A stretch of DNA of 64,000 nucleotides from the human T2T-CHM13v2.0 reference genome, Homo sapiens: the NCBI RefSeq assembly GCF_009914755.1, contig NC_060926.1. One strand, written 5' to 3'. Every line of letters starts with the position of its first letter. The stretch's first letter is position 1. Below the pieces are notes generated by a model. It ran no database searches. It had not been told where the DNA came from and worked only from the letters and a program-made list of their open reading frames with translations. Shown piece after piece: positions 15,975 to 31,350 of the stretch. The position numbers and the translations under genes are program-made.

Positions 15975-16609
15975 TGACCATGGCACTTATATTGCTTTTT
16001 CTGTGGTGACTAAAAGCAAAGTATGTAGACGAAAGGGGACTAAAGGGGGATGATCAATGTTTGTTTTTACCCTCTTAATAACAGCAATAGTTCTTGGCCT
16101 CTGGAACCCACTGACTCTGTCTTAGTCATCTGTATTGTGCAACAGTTTGGGCCTTAATGGTATTCTGTCCTACAAAAGTCTCTAATCTTTCTAGACATGT
16201 AGTATTTTTGTTGAGATTGTGTCCAGCAATATGTTTCATGCTTTGCTTAATCTCCCCACATCAGTCAGTTTTGGGGCACAGTGCAGGCATCCAGCAGGTA
16301 TTCCTTGACACGGGAAGGTAATGATGGGGATTCATGTTTTCCTCATATATATTAGTAAGTAAAGAAAACCACTCAATTCCTTCATATAATTTGCTTTTGA
16401 AACCTGTGCCATAAAATCAAAAGTGGAAGCTCAGTTCTACCCCCTCGTTTTGTAGTTGATACTTGGAGTGTCAAGAGAGGTTAGTTTGATGATAGAGTCC
16501 CAGTTCCAGGGACATTCTATGCCTTTGAATTTTTTTTTTCTTTCACACAAATTAAAATAACCTTATAGTTTTTTTGACCTGATTATAAAAGAAATGTATG
16601 TTTACAACA

Positions 16610-16965
16610 CTCAGGGCCTTGGTGTTACTATTCTCTCTGCCTAGAACACTTTTCTCAACATGATGCTTGTGGCTGGGTCCTTTGTTTCATTCAAGTCTCT
16701 GCTCAAATGTAACTCTGAGAGGTCTTTGAACATCCTAAAGTATAATAGCCCAGTAGTTGCTCTCAATCACCTCTCCCTGCTTTCCTTTCCTCCACTGCAC
16801 ATACTACCTGCTGACCTTATATTCTATTTTTATTTATCCCTTGCCTTCCCCACAACATTGTAAGCCCATGAGCACAACAGGGGCTTTGTTTAGTCCTCGG
16901 TCATATCTTCATTGCCTAACGTAGTGCGAAGAACATGGTATGAAAACAGATATGCAGAATGAATA
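16610..16965 (+). mobile_element. L2a 3' end
   Basis: CAGGGCCTTGG...CTCTGCCTAGAACAC...TCAAGTCTCTGCTCAAATGT...TGTAAGCCCATGAG...GAATGAAT. Confidence 0.75.
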
Positions 16966-17169
16966 TATAGTATAAATGAAATGGAAAAATTTAAAGACTT
17001 CCTAAGGAATAGAATAGAAAATAAATATTACCCACATTCCCACCACCCCAGAAATAAATGTTAACATTTTAGTAGACAAAATCTTGAATATTTTAAAGAA
17101 AGAGAACTTGTTGTTTTTGATTAGATTTTTTTTTTCATTGCAATGAATGTAGGTGTCTTTCCATGTGAC

Positions 17170-17337
17170 ATCAGTAGTTGTCAGCCACAGTAGTGTAGCA
17201 GCAGTTAGAGGGTGCTAAAATCCACATTTCAAAGTCCTTCCTCAGACCGATTCAATCAGATATTTCAGATGGAGAGCCAACATTCCTAGCTTTAGAAATG
17301 ATTTGTATGCACAGTTGGAGTTGCAAGTTACTGGTCT
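17170..17337. mobile_element. MER5-like MITE, degenerate
   Basis: CCTCAGACCGATTCAATCAGA...GATTTGTATGCACAGTTGGAGTTG. Confidence 0.45.
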
Positions 17338-17469
17338 ACATCATTATTTTAGTTGCAAAGAATGGAAAGTTTTTTTTTCTTTTTGTAAAGCTAATGGACC
17401 CTTATAGGACTCTTAAACTATGACTAATGAAGCCAGATGTACCTACCAGTAATTGGGTTCATAATATGG

Positions 17470-18065
17470 CGATACTAACAAATATTTTTTAGTACTTACT
17501 ATGAATTTAATTATATTTCAAGATACATGTACAGATGCTCCTTGACTTACCATGGGGTTATGCCCCAAGAGACTCATCCTAAGTTGAAAATATCGTAAGT
17601 CAAAAATGCATTTAATACATTTAACCCATGGAATGTCATAGCTTAGCCTAGCCTATCTTAAACATGCTCAGAGTATTTACATTAGCCTACAGTTGCGCAA
17701 AATCATCCAACATGAAGCCCATTTTACAATTAAGTACTGAATATCTCACATAATTTAGTGAGTGCTGTGCTGAAAGTGAAAAGCAGAATGGTCCTATGGG
17801 CATTGGAAGTGTGTTTCTACTAATCGTGTATTGCTTTTGCACTGTTGTCAAGTCAAAATATTGTAAGTTGAACCACTGTAAGTCAGAGAGTTTCTGTATC
17901 TATTCCTTTCATCCCCACAGAACTGTTAAGTTTGGTTCCTTGTTATTGCCATTTTACAGATGAAGAAATTGAGACACAAAGTGTAATTTACCCACATAAC
18001 CATCATATAGCAGCTAATAAGAAATAAAGCTGGGATTTGAGCCCATTCTTCTAACCCTGATACTG
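17470..18065 (-). mobile_element. MIR SINE interrupted by MER47A
   Basis: CCATTTTACAGATGAAGAAATTGAGACACAAAG and GCTGGGATTTGAGCCCA core after the insertion; MIR tail before it. Confidence 0.7.
17532..17896 (+). mobile_element. MER47A (TcMar-Tigger non-autonomous DNA transposon), full length
   Basis: 365 bp, CAGATGCTCCTTGACTTAC...GTAAGTCAGAGAGTTTCTG terminal inverted repeats, TA duplicated at 17530-17531 and 17897-17898. Confidence 0.9.
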
Positions 18066-18144
18066 TACAGCCCAATGGATTCTAATATAAATATAAAAAT
18101 TAACATTGACTTAGTTTTCCAGTCTGAAAATAGCTTTTGCTTTG

Positions 18145-18385
18145 GAAGGCATAGTGGAACAGTGGAAAGACTTTCTCTGTCACATTTGAAGACATTTAGT
18201 GATTATCTACTTAATGGCTGGCTGACCTTGGGCAAATTGTTTAACTTCCGTAGCTTAGCCATATTTGAAAAATGGAACAAAGATGCCAACTAAATACCTG
18301 TGGAGAGAATGGAGATGTTACATCTGTAACCGTGCCTGGCACAGGTAGGTCCTGAATAAATGATAGTGATTAGCATCATCATCAC
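18145..18385 (+). mobile_element. MIR SINE
   Basis: TGACCTTGGGCAAATTGTTTAACTTC core; GTGCCTGGCACAGGTAGGTCCTGAATAAATGATAG tail. Confidence 0.75.
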
Positions 18386-19419
18386 TTCACTTGATCCTCA
18401 CAGACATACTGGGAAGGACACAGGAGGGGCTTTTGGAAAGGTGAGCTGTGCGGGGCTCAATTTGTAATGTTTTGCCTATACCTGTCTCCTTCCAATAAGC
18501 AGGGCCTGAATATGCTTTGACACATAATTTGATGGTTAAATCCTCTATTACATCATGGAACAAATGTCAAAAGCCCTTCCCCAACCCCTGTAAGTTATAG
18601 AGAAGAAGGCACATGGGGATAGAATGGGGGTAAGAAGATGGGTGGCATATCTGCCTTTTCCGGGTGTCTTTATTCTATTTTACTAGTGAGCGATTTAATT
18701 TTACTTGCAGAATAACAGAGATGTTAATTGTCATGTCAGAGCTTTTACATGACAAGATACAGTTAGTTATTGAATAGATAAGGACAATTTCAATGCAGTA
18801 CAGTTATGGTTGAGGTAGCACAAGTGAACAGTGACATTTTTTATTTAACTCCCTATTACATTAAAAAATCAAGTCCTTATGCCTTTTCTTAAGAAATTAT
18901 CAGTCATCAGTCTTTTGAACTATGAGGCTTATGAGTTAAATGGGTCTCCAGAATACATCTGAGAAATCACATTATAAAGTGTACCTTGCCTACTAGGTTG
19001 AGTCTACTCTTGCTCAGAATGTTCAAAGCCTAAGGAGTAAAGGATAGGAGAGAGAAGTGAGTGGGCATAAAGTTGGAAGATAAGACAGAGATGGAAATTT
19101 TCTGCTGAGTGGGAGAGGCAATAGGAAGGAGACAGGAATTGAGAGACTGTGGCCAAGACACTGTGTGAAATGGTTACATGTCTTCTTCCCTGCAGATTCA
19201 GAGCTTAGACATTCTCAGACATGGCCAAAATATTACATGAAGTTTAGTCACACATCTCTAAGATTTTTTTCTACACTGGCTTTTATTTACTTACCTCCTA
19301 TGTACTCTCGAAATACTCTACTTGGGCTTTCATTATTGAACCAGTTCATCTCTCAGAAAAGCCAGCAATAACCTGTATGCATTCTTGGCTTTTATCTTTG
19401 TAACCCTTCAGCATCTGTT

Positions 19420-20735
<1,316 letters not shown>

Positions 20736-22169
20736 AGATAAAATAAAAAGGAAATTCCTTTGTGGATATATAAAATTCAGGAAAAAGTCTGGGCAAAAAA
20801 ACAGTCCATTACTAAACCTGGGAAGAATAGTTCAAAGTTCTTTCTTTCTACATTTGTCAGTCTCTCTGAATTTTTTTTAGTCAATTATTTTCCACCTGGC
20901 AAAATATATGAGATGGTGAGATACTTTCTCTGCTACAAAACTTCAGTCAAATAAGGGCAGTCTTTCCATATTTATGTTGAGACTATATGTCCAGTTGTAT
21001 AAATGTTCCTTGCCTCTAAAGAGGATTCTATTAGTTCCTTTTTCCTCTGTTAAAAAGTGAGAAAATTGAAAGCTATTATATTCCTGATTGCTGAAGCATG
21101 TTTCTGATTTAAACCCACATCTCTATGAATTTAATTTAATGATATATTGAAGATGGTTGAAGGGTATAAAGTTCTGCGCTGATATCAGTGTGAGTACACC
21201 TAAGTAATTAGTGAGGAGTGTAAATACTTTCTTTAAATAAACTGCTATCGTTTTAGCACTTGAGGGAGATTTCATCTTTATCCTTATTTCCTTGATTAAA
21301 AAAGAAATGATATGGCTGTTGTAACTCAAAGGCCTTACTCACTTCATAGGCATTGCTGACACTGGAAGCCATCGCATGAAGAGGAAAAGAAGGTGAAATT
21401 CTCACCCCTAACAAAACTGTCATAAAATTACATTTTCACATATCTGAGAAAAAAAAAAAAGAAAACACAATGCTATTCGTTTCTGACTTGGCTTTTTCAA
21501 CAGCTAAATACAGGTGGCAAATGAGTAGCATTACACAACTATTTTATAAAACATCTCCAATAATTAGTACTGAAGTCTTTTGTGTGGAACAATATTTGGG
21601 AGATGGGCAGCTAAGAAATGGTATAAATGTCGAGTTACCAGGATGGGGACTTATTGGAAGACTGTCCAAAAGGTAGGAGAGAAAAGGAACAAGTGACTGT
21701 GGAAAAGCAGAGGGGAAGGGTGGTTTAAAGAGATCAGAGAGAACAAAAGGATGTGGGGCAGACTGCTGAAAGTCCATGGAGGATTGAAAACCAGAAGTGG
21801 AATTTTGAATTGGATGTACATATAAGAGGAATTGATTGAGGATAGAGGAGTGGGATGTAGTATTTCAGAATTATAGATGTGAGGAAATGGACAGGGCCAT
21901 TGTCCACATGCATTGATGCACTGACCTGAGGAAAGGAATGAGCTCATCATGGTAAAGGACTGGGAAGTTGTGGGGTATTACATCAGCCTCTGATGAGGTC
22001 CTTCTCTTGCCTGCCGTTTTTCTGAGCCACTGGCAAGATCTCCCTTAACAATATGTTTCCTGTTTTCTAACATGAGATCTGATGCTATTTTGTTTCTTTA
22101 AATTTTAAATCTTCTGAAGGAAAAGTGTTCTGATCACTAAAGAGATATCCCTAAATTGTGAGAATCTTT

Positions 22170-22170
<1 letters not shown>

Positions 22171-22222
<52 letters not shown>
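22171..22222. repeat. (TATC)13 / GATA tetranucleotide STR
   Basis: 13 perfect TATC units counted directly. Confidence 0.97.
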
Positions 22223-22549
22223 ATCCCTCTGTCTGTCTGAGTTTGGAAATGTTTAAATTTATTTATTAATTCAAATATGTATTTTATGTTTATGTCTTCC
22301 AGTATATGAAAGCATTTCATATTGAAGAAGGTTTCTAGTGATGGTAAGGGGTAGCTCTAGAAAAATAATGACAAGAAAATTTTGATTCAAAATAGGGAAG
22401 AGCTTTCCAGAATATGGAAAAGCTCTAAATGCGATAACTTGAGAAATGCTGAATTCTTCATAGTTAAAAGTGTTCAGATATGGGTGTGAGACAGCAGCTT
22501 GGCAGGAATGTGGCAATAAGAGAGGCAAGTCAGAAAGCCTGGACTAGGA

Positions 22550-22872
22550 GGCTTGTTATCCTGTGGCCCAAAGGCAGGCCATGTTCTCCCAATGTGTTTC
22601 CCCAGTCCTTTTTGGCTTTCATAATTTTTAAACTAGTTGCCAACATTTAAAAGTTGAGATAATTCAAAAGATACCAATTTTCAGCTTTTCTTGAAAAACT
22701 AGAAAATCTGGCAATAGTGCAGTATCCTTAATAAATGACACACCTCGGAGGAAAGTAGCTATTGTCCCTTGAGATAGTGCATAAGATCTGTTTGTCACAG
22801 GCCAGCACAGTCCACTTCACACACAATCACATTACTTCTCTGTTCTTTGTGAACATTGGAGTTTTCACCTGG
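22550..22872. mobile_element. MER102-like hAT-Charlie relic
   Basis: GTTGCCAACATTTAAAAGTTGAGA...CAGCTTTTCTTGAAAAACTAGAAAATCTGGCAA. Confidence 0.65.
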
Positions 22873-25800
22873 TTTATTTATTTTTTCCAATCCTTAGATT
22901 TTCCAAATTTATGAAAATTTCAGAATGTTTTTCTTTTTTCATTTTAGATACTTTGGATTTTGAGTGTGGTGTGATTAGCTGGTAGTCCATGGTTAAGATA
23001 TTCTGTGTTTGAGATAGAAGTGAGAAGATCCAGGGGAGATAGCCAACGTTAAGTTTCTTTAATGATTTTAAGTTAGTTATGTCAAAGATACCTCATATTG
23101 ATAATCACACATCTGATTGGATCAATCCTCTATATTGCTTACAAAAGTGGCTATTCTGTAAGTAATATTTCTTTATGAGTACATATACACTTTTCTTCAT
23201 AAAGCACGATGCTTGAAACTGTAAGACAGCAATGAATCACTGTCATAAATCTTATTATAAATCTTCCAGGAATGTTTTAAACCAGATTGCAGTGATTTTT
23301 GCAGAATGCATATAGATTCTAGACATCCATATTTTATAAGCACCTGTCCTTAACTGCAAGAAGTCTGAAACAAATACATTTTGTTTGAGAGTTTAATGTC
23401 CTGTAATACTTTAAGATGTAACTAAAGATTCAGAAACTTCAAGTCTGTTAAATTTTACCATATACCTCAATGGCATCTTCTTTGCCTATCTCACTGGCAA
23501 AAATATGTTCACAATATATCCCACTTTATCAGTACTGTATAACTCTAGTACTCCAGTCCTTAGAGGCAAGCAAGAGATAAAGAAGAAATGTGTTTTTTTT
23601 TCTTTTTTTAAACCTGAAATCTATTACCTTTTTATTGTAAGAAATATACCTTTAAGACTCCTCTCTACTGCTTTTGATAGTTGCTGTGTCTGTAGTCAGT
23701 ACATATCTCATGAAGATCTACATAATGCATGTAAACATTTTAATCTGATGACATTTCCCCATTAAAGAGAACAGAAAAGCACAAGATTTTTAAAATGCTT
23801 TTTAAAAAGAGGGTGTTATGTACATATCATTTATAAATAAACCTTGAAATAGCCATAAGATATATGTGGCAGATGGTTGAGTAAATGTGGTCAATATGAA
23901 GACTTCCACAATTGACTCAAGTGGGTAAAATTGATTTTTTAAACCTATAACCCATTATGATTATGCATTTAACCTAACCACACTCACATGGTGGTGTTTG
24001 CATTCTTATGTGGCTTGGATTTTCTGTCTCCTGTCTAGCAAATGCTAAGAATGGGAAAGAAGAGCTCCTCTTGGATATGTCTGAGTTCCATAAAGATATG
24101 TTTTAAATCATGGAGGGAGATAAGCTTTGGTTTCTTTTCTTCCTGTTTTTAAAATTCAGACTAACTCAGTGTTGTTGTCTTTATAAATGATAGTATGTAT
24201 TGCATTTCAGAGTGGCCCCACTTATTTTTTATGACCACTGATGAGAAGTGTGTCATTTTTTGGAATGGAGAAGGTAGAACAGAGTTCTACAACCTCTCTA
24301 TTTGTCATGGTGAAAAATTAGCAGTTTGTTGACTTTCCTTTTTCATTCATGTTGACTTGTCATCCTTCTTGCTCTCTGGTTTCCTAATCTTGGTAGCTGT
24401 TGTTTGAGAGCTTGTCTTTGTAGGGGCAGTGTCAGAATATTACTTGTAGCAGTTGTTTCATTTTAACATACTTCCTCAATGATGTCTCCTCTAGGTTGCA
24501 TAAGAGCAAAGTTAATATTTTTGAGAACATCCTTTCTCCAGCCTGATACACTTCGTAGAATCATAGGAAGCTGGAACTGTAGGGAATCACTATAACCATG
24601 TAGTTTGGCATTCACAGACTGGTGGTCCACCAGTGCTCCTCTCAGCACTGTTTAGTTTGGCTGACATAGTGATTGTTGTTTGTTTGTGTGTTTGTTTTTA
24701 ATCTGAATCTCTTCAAATAAGGCATGTGTTTTTCACACTGCTATGGCTCACGGTCCTCCTTGATTTCCCACAACTCCCTACTTGACACATTTATGCTACT
24801 TACCTAGCCTATCAAGTGTCATGTGTAGTAACTTTAATGTACATTAAACCATGACATTTCCATTTTTTTGGAATTAAAAGATAGTTGAATATTAGAAATT
24901 GCATATGTTGCGATCTTGTTGTTTCATAGACAAAAAAGTAGAGGTCTAAAGAATTAATCCCTTCTTCAAAAATAAGAGAGGTACTACCATCTCAAAACAG
25001 GTATGTTTTTTCAGGGATTTCTAGGTAAAGGATCATTTTACTAGATTGACAAACATTACCTATTAAAATGCAGTTACCTCTGGGATTTATAATTTTTGAA
25101 GCCTTATCACCAAGCATATATGTATTTGAATAATTTATTTCACTTCCCTCCTGAGAGTAAGATTTGATAGGTAGAGGATGATGGAAGGAAATGAACACTA
25201 GTGTTCAAGAGAAAAAGAAAAGGTACCACTGAAGAAAGAGTTAGGGCACCCATGAAGAAAAGACAGAGAGAGAGACGACATGCAGAAATAAATTTTAATT
25301 CTTATACCTACAGAGGGACATAAAGAGAGATTCACAGGATGGGCAATCAAGGAAGACTAAAGGGAACACAGCTTGCAATTCATAGGAGCTAAGTGGAATT
25401 TTCCTGAAGTTCTGTTTTCTCTGTAGATGTACCACTTGTTTTATGTGGATTAATAGTCATCAGAATCAATATGCTCTAAGTGATGTAAGTGAATTTAAGC
25501 ATTCTTTCATTTAACAGATTCCTAGTGTGAACCATATCTAATGATCAGTCTAAAATTGGGAATAGATTATTTATTGCAGGGCTCTAAGTTATGAGTTTAT
25601 TTGGTAATTGAGTTGGGACAAAGATATGATTACAGTTTGTTCAGTAGATGCACTATGGCTTAAATAATGCCTCTGAAATGCATGCATGTAGATAAAACTG
25701 CATCTGTGCATCTAAGGGAAAAAGTCCTGTCCTTTTTCTTTCAGAATATTGGGAAAATGGGTTCTGATATTAATTTTGGCAGTTAATAAAAGTAAAGAGC

Positions 25801-26029
25801 TATAACACTGTAGTGTACTCTAAAAATTACAGGGAACAGAGCCGCTTAATTACAAGTGGCCAGTTTTCAGCTTCGTATTCCTATGCTTGTAATGAGAACA
25901 GTAGGAATTATTCCTGATTTTTCTAGTTCCAAACATGCCAAGAAAACAATTGCCTTAACCTTGTATCTTCACATTAATAAATCCTAATTATGTTCTCAGT
26001 ACTGAATTGTACAATAATATCCTTGAAAG

Positions 26030-26200
26030 TTTATACAGTGCTTGAAGCTACATCATCTCCTTAGATTCCTATGACAACCCCACGAAGTGAGCATCGGTAT
26101 TATCCCCATTTTTCAGATGGGAAAGGTGAAGTTGGGCAAGATCAAGTGGACTGCCATGAAGTGGCGGGGGTGGCATCAGATCAGAGTCTGCATCGTTTTA
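26030..26200 (-). mobile_element. MIR SINE
   Basis: CCTATGACAACCCCACGAAG...TATTATCCCCATTTTTCAGATGGGAAA. Confidence 0.7.
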
Positions 26201-27161
26201 CTCTAATTCCCTTGTTTGTTCACTCTTTGGATAGAAGAGAGGAAAAAGCAAAGAAGCTTTGTGCCCAGACTGTTTAGCACATTGACCTGTTTTGATACCA
26301 ATGGAGAGGCTCCAGAAAAAGTTCAGAGATGGCATGCAGATTCTGACAAATAGAGGCTTCTCTAGCCAGTAGACTTGAATATGCTGTAGAGGAAAAGCTA
26401 CTGTGCCCTGCCTTCATGGCAGGTCAGAGCTTATATTGTCATGCTGTTTTTCTGCTTAAGGGGTCATGGCTCTCTGCTTTTCATTATCTAGGGAAATATC
26501 ATATTATTAACCAGGGGCATTGAGGGATGTATATGAGAACTAGTGGCACAAATGTGTATAGTTGATATTTCCCAGTGGTCTGCTAGAGAGAGCCTTTTCC
26601 AGTGTATTGTGGAATTTCAAGCCACATTAACAGAGAGAAACACTATTCAATGTATCCCTTCTGTCCATAAGGGAGGAAAGTATATAGGGAAGAATGTTCA
26701 ATTTCTGTTTCTCTATAGTCACAATTAAAAAAAAATTGATAAGGAGTATCAGTCTTCACAAATGAGAAAATTCAGTTAGAATCATTGAAATGATAGTGCT
26801 TTTTGGGCAATTATATGAAGATGGCTCATTTAAAATCAGATCTTTCAGTGTTAATTTAAAAGAGAATTTTCTATAATGCTATCACTGGGAGGAGGATGGC
26901 TCTGTGACTGGTAATAGGCTGGTAAGTGAGGGCTAAAGTTGACTTCCTCATAGAGCATGTTCATCACTTGCAGAAAGAGCAGTGCAAGTACTTATAGGGG
27001 CTGTATTAGGGGAGAGGAATTTTGGGAGAGGGTTATGTCAACTTTCCAAACTTTTTTGTAATGCAACTATACTAACTAGAAAAAGAAAATATGTTTATAA
27101 TACAATGAGTAATAAAAGCCTTTATTAGATGTTACAATTGTGTTATCAGTTCTACAGATAA

Positions 27162-27456
27162 TTTTTTTTTTTTTTGAGATGGAGTCTCGCTCTGTTGCCC
27201 AGGCTGGAGTACAATGGCGCGATCTCAGCTCACTGAAATGTCTGCCTCCCAGGTTCAAGTGATTCACCTGGCTCAGCCTCCCGAGTAGCTGGGACTACAG
27301 GCGCGTGCCACCATGCCTGGCTAATTTTTTGTATTTTTTGTAGAGACGGGGTTTCACTGTGTTAGCCAGGATGGTCTTGATCTCCTGATCTCGTGATCCA
27401 CCCACCTCGGCCTCCCAGAGTGCTGGGATTACAGGCGTGAGCCACCATGCCTGGCC
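27162..27456 (-). mobile_element. AluSc-like
   Basis: GTTAGCCAGGATGGTCTTGATCTCCTGATCTCGTGATCC. TSD TC(T/C)ACAGATA at 27151-27160 and 27457-27466. Confidence 0.95.
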
Positions 27457-28761
27457 TCCACAGATATTTTTACTAGCATTTAATTTGGGTGGAAACAGAA
27501 TAGACTAGCAGCAGTATACATTTCAATTATATATATTTTATATATATGTGAAATAAATGGTCACGTAAGACGTTGGTTTGGATGTGTTGCCATGTGTCCT
27601 GCCTGGGTCACTTATTTTTTTTCCTAAGTAGCAAAAAGTGAGTGTAATAGACTTTATAAAGAAAAATACACTCCAAGTAAATTTATTTGGAGTATTAGAG
27701 GTTGTGAGCACATCATATACTTTGTTTGTTTCTGGAATCATAGTTCAATTTCAGTTCAAGTTAGGACTTGAACTGAATTTCAGTCAGTAAAGGAACAACT
27801 GTCAAAAAGGTTCTGTCTTGATATAGTTGTCTCTTCTGTGGCTTCTTGGTAGCGATGAAATGACCTTACTTGAGTCCATTAAGGTTTTTGGTACTGATGT
27901 ACAGTGTAAATGATCCATTTTTATCTTTCACAAACCAATATTCTTTGAAAGTACTCGGTGTTTTAGGTGCAATTCAGAAGGTAATAGAGAAGGAGACTCG
28001 ACCCTCAAGGAAGTTGCAATCTAAAGGCAATCTGTCCTTCAGTGGCGAAATGCTCTGCAGATCTGAAGTGCCTTCCCACTCCTCTGTGGAGAGAAATTGC
28101 CTTTCGCTTTGGTGCTATCCAGCGAGAGAGAAGTCCCTGCCCTTAACTATTAGCTTTAGAGAACAATTTGAGGAAGAGGTAAGCCTTCAGAATACTTTTC
28201 TAATTTAATGTATCTATTTAAGTTTTCAAAGACCAGAATTTCTTTTATTCGCTTCTGTTGATTTCCTCTGGAAGAACTGCGTTTACATTCAGAAAGCTGA
28301 CAATTTACAAACTTTGGCCACACCAACTGATTCAGGGGTAAAGAAATAAACCAAGAAATTTTCATCAAGGCATTGGATCCAGTGAGGTAGCCTAGAGAGA
28401 AACAATAGGAACTTTTCATTGTCCAGTTAGACATAAACACTCTATACTATTTCATTCCGTAGTACTTGAGTTCTGGCCACAGAGGACCTGACAAGGCATG
28501 GAGACAAGATATGTCATTTTTCCTTCTCATAGAGTCCTGATGTTTCTCTCTATGGTTTCAATTTCTGATTATTCCCATGGCTCCTAGTGCTGTGATACCC
28601 CTGAGCTCACATCATGCTTATACAAGTTCAAGGAGTGTCTGCCACATTTTATAATGGAGCTTCTGGTCACAGCTTGTTTGAGAGTATTGCTTTTGGCCAG
28701 GAAGCAAACAAACAAGCAAAAGAGGCTCTCACTCCTCATTCCATTTCAATTGTTGTAACTC

Positions 28762-28809
28762 AAAAAAAAAAAAAAAAAACCAAAACAAACAAACAAACAA
28801 ACAAAAAAA
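28762..28809. repeat. Poly(A) plus (AAAC)n simple repeat
   Basis: Seen directly. Confidence 0.9.
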
Positions 28810-29741
28810 CACCTAATTTCAAAACTATGATCTTTTAAAAAAGCACTTTCAGTTACAAATAGTCACTTTTCAAACAGATACACACACACAAGTACACGTA
28901 TACATACACTGATATGATAATGTAGTAATCACAAATAGACTTTTAGTATGCTGTCATATTAGTTTATGAAATTGACTTATAAAGTATAACTCTTATATTG
29001 TACATTCCATAGATGATAGACTCTGATATTGTATTTGTTGAAGAGAGGAAGTAACAAGAAAGTCTTAGGATTGCTTTGTACATTTTATAATGTCAACTAA
29101 TAATTGTTTTATACAGATATTTTAGCTTAGGCCATAGTTCATACTGTTCCTTCTTTGTACATTGAAATGCAATAGCTTTTTACGAAGAAAGTGAAAGTAC
29201 AAGTGCTAACAAGAACTTGCCATTTTGCCTGTGCATTCTGTTGCAAGCTTTGGTTCTTTGGAATATAAGGTAATGCTGCTAAATATTAAGATAGTTCCTT
29301 TACTCTATGTACTTATCCAGTGATAGAAACCACAGCACTCATTTTGTCGAGATGTGTTTGTTTAACTTCTGGAGGTTAACCCAGTGGCAAGTTCATCTTT
29401 ATTTGATAATAATGAATCAGAAGTTTTATGTGTTTGCTTGAGTAAGATTGCCATCTGGTAAATAATATGTTTTGTGAGTGTTTATAACAATCATGGTTTA
29501 AGCCAAAATTGACTTATCATGATTGCTGCAAATAACACTTGAGTGTCCTAACTGGTTTGATTTTTTTTTCTTTGTTGAATTGAGCAAATGTATTTTACGA
29601 AGCTTCCTGCGTTTATTTTTAAAGTATTTTATGGGTTTTAAAGCATGAGTTTTCAAAAGCAATAATTACAGCTGATTACTATCTCCATATAGTACTTCTC
29701 TAAAGTAGAAAAAAGGATTGTTTATAAAGCAGCATAAGTAT

Positions 29742-29795
29742 TATATATATGTGTATGTGTATATATATATGTATGTATATATATGTATATATATA
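29742..29795. repeat. (TA)n/(TATG)n microsatellite
   Basis: Seen directly. Confidence 0.85.
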
Positions 29796-30799
29796 GTTTT
29801 GCCTTCAACAAGTTTCAGGTTTATTCCTTTATGAATTGAAGAACCCAAAACATTTTTACATTGGTAGAATAGCATGTTAAGAAAGTGTGGCTAACAGATC
29901 AGCCAAGAGTGTCTTGGTGTATTATTTCTCAGGCAGTAATAGCATTAAAAGCAATTGTGAAAATGGTCTTTAACCCATTATCTTGCCTTAAAAAGGAGAA
30001 ATGTATGATATAAAAAAGTTTCTTTTTCTTTTCTCAGCCTAAGTAAAACCTGAGACTGTCTTTTTTCCATGCCACATGTAAAACAGCTTTTCTAGTTTCC
30101 ACAGGATTAATTTTCTATCAGTTCAATTTGAAGACTTCAAGTGATATTCAATGACTTCTTCTTGAAAATGTCAATTAAAATCTTTAACTGGTTGCTTTGC
30201 ATATCAAAAGGAACTGAAGGAAATGAGTAGTTAAACTAGAAATTTGGGATGAGTCTAGAAAGGGTGTCTATAGTTGGTTAGTTATTTTTGCTTCGACGAC
30301 CAGGAGTTTGATTCTTCATGGCAATCAATTATTTTTACTCTGTTCTAAGGTCAACATTATGGTCCTTGGCTGTCAGTGACTCTCTTGCTTTGGGTGGTAT
30401 GATCTGAAAGTAGACTGGAGAGGCTGAGAGTAGAACTGGGTCAACAAAAAGCCGTCTTCTGTTCTTTGAAATATTCTTCTTATCTTTTTTTATATTTTGG
30501 AAGACGATTATATCTTCATTAAATGGTCTCCATCTATGTGTATGGCATATGTAGATACTTCCCTGAATCCTGTCTTCATCTCTCTCACTTCTTACTCCTT
30601 CTTTTAGGAAGTTTATTTTCACTTATGTGTTCAATTTACACTTACATATGTATGACTTCAAATATACTTTGCTGTCACCTTAGCTTTAGATCTTTAGCCA
30701 TAAACATGCCAGCATTCTTGATTACTGATTAATGGCTCCTTCAATAAGTTTTAGAGTTCATTATCATTCCTCTTCTATCATTCCTCCACGACTGTGGAC

Positions 30800-31350
<551 letters not shown>

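Noticed and set aside
25645-25714. 9-bp inverted repeat TAGATGCAC/GTGCATCTA
   Set aside because: Short stem with a long loop; expected by chance.
28762-28809. Orphan poly(A)/(AAAC)n as the tail of a processed pseudogene
   Set aside because: No TSD, poly(A) signal or recognisable upstream body found.
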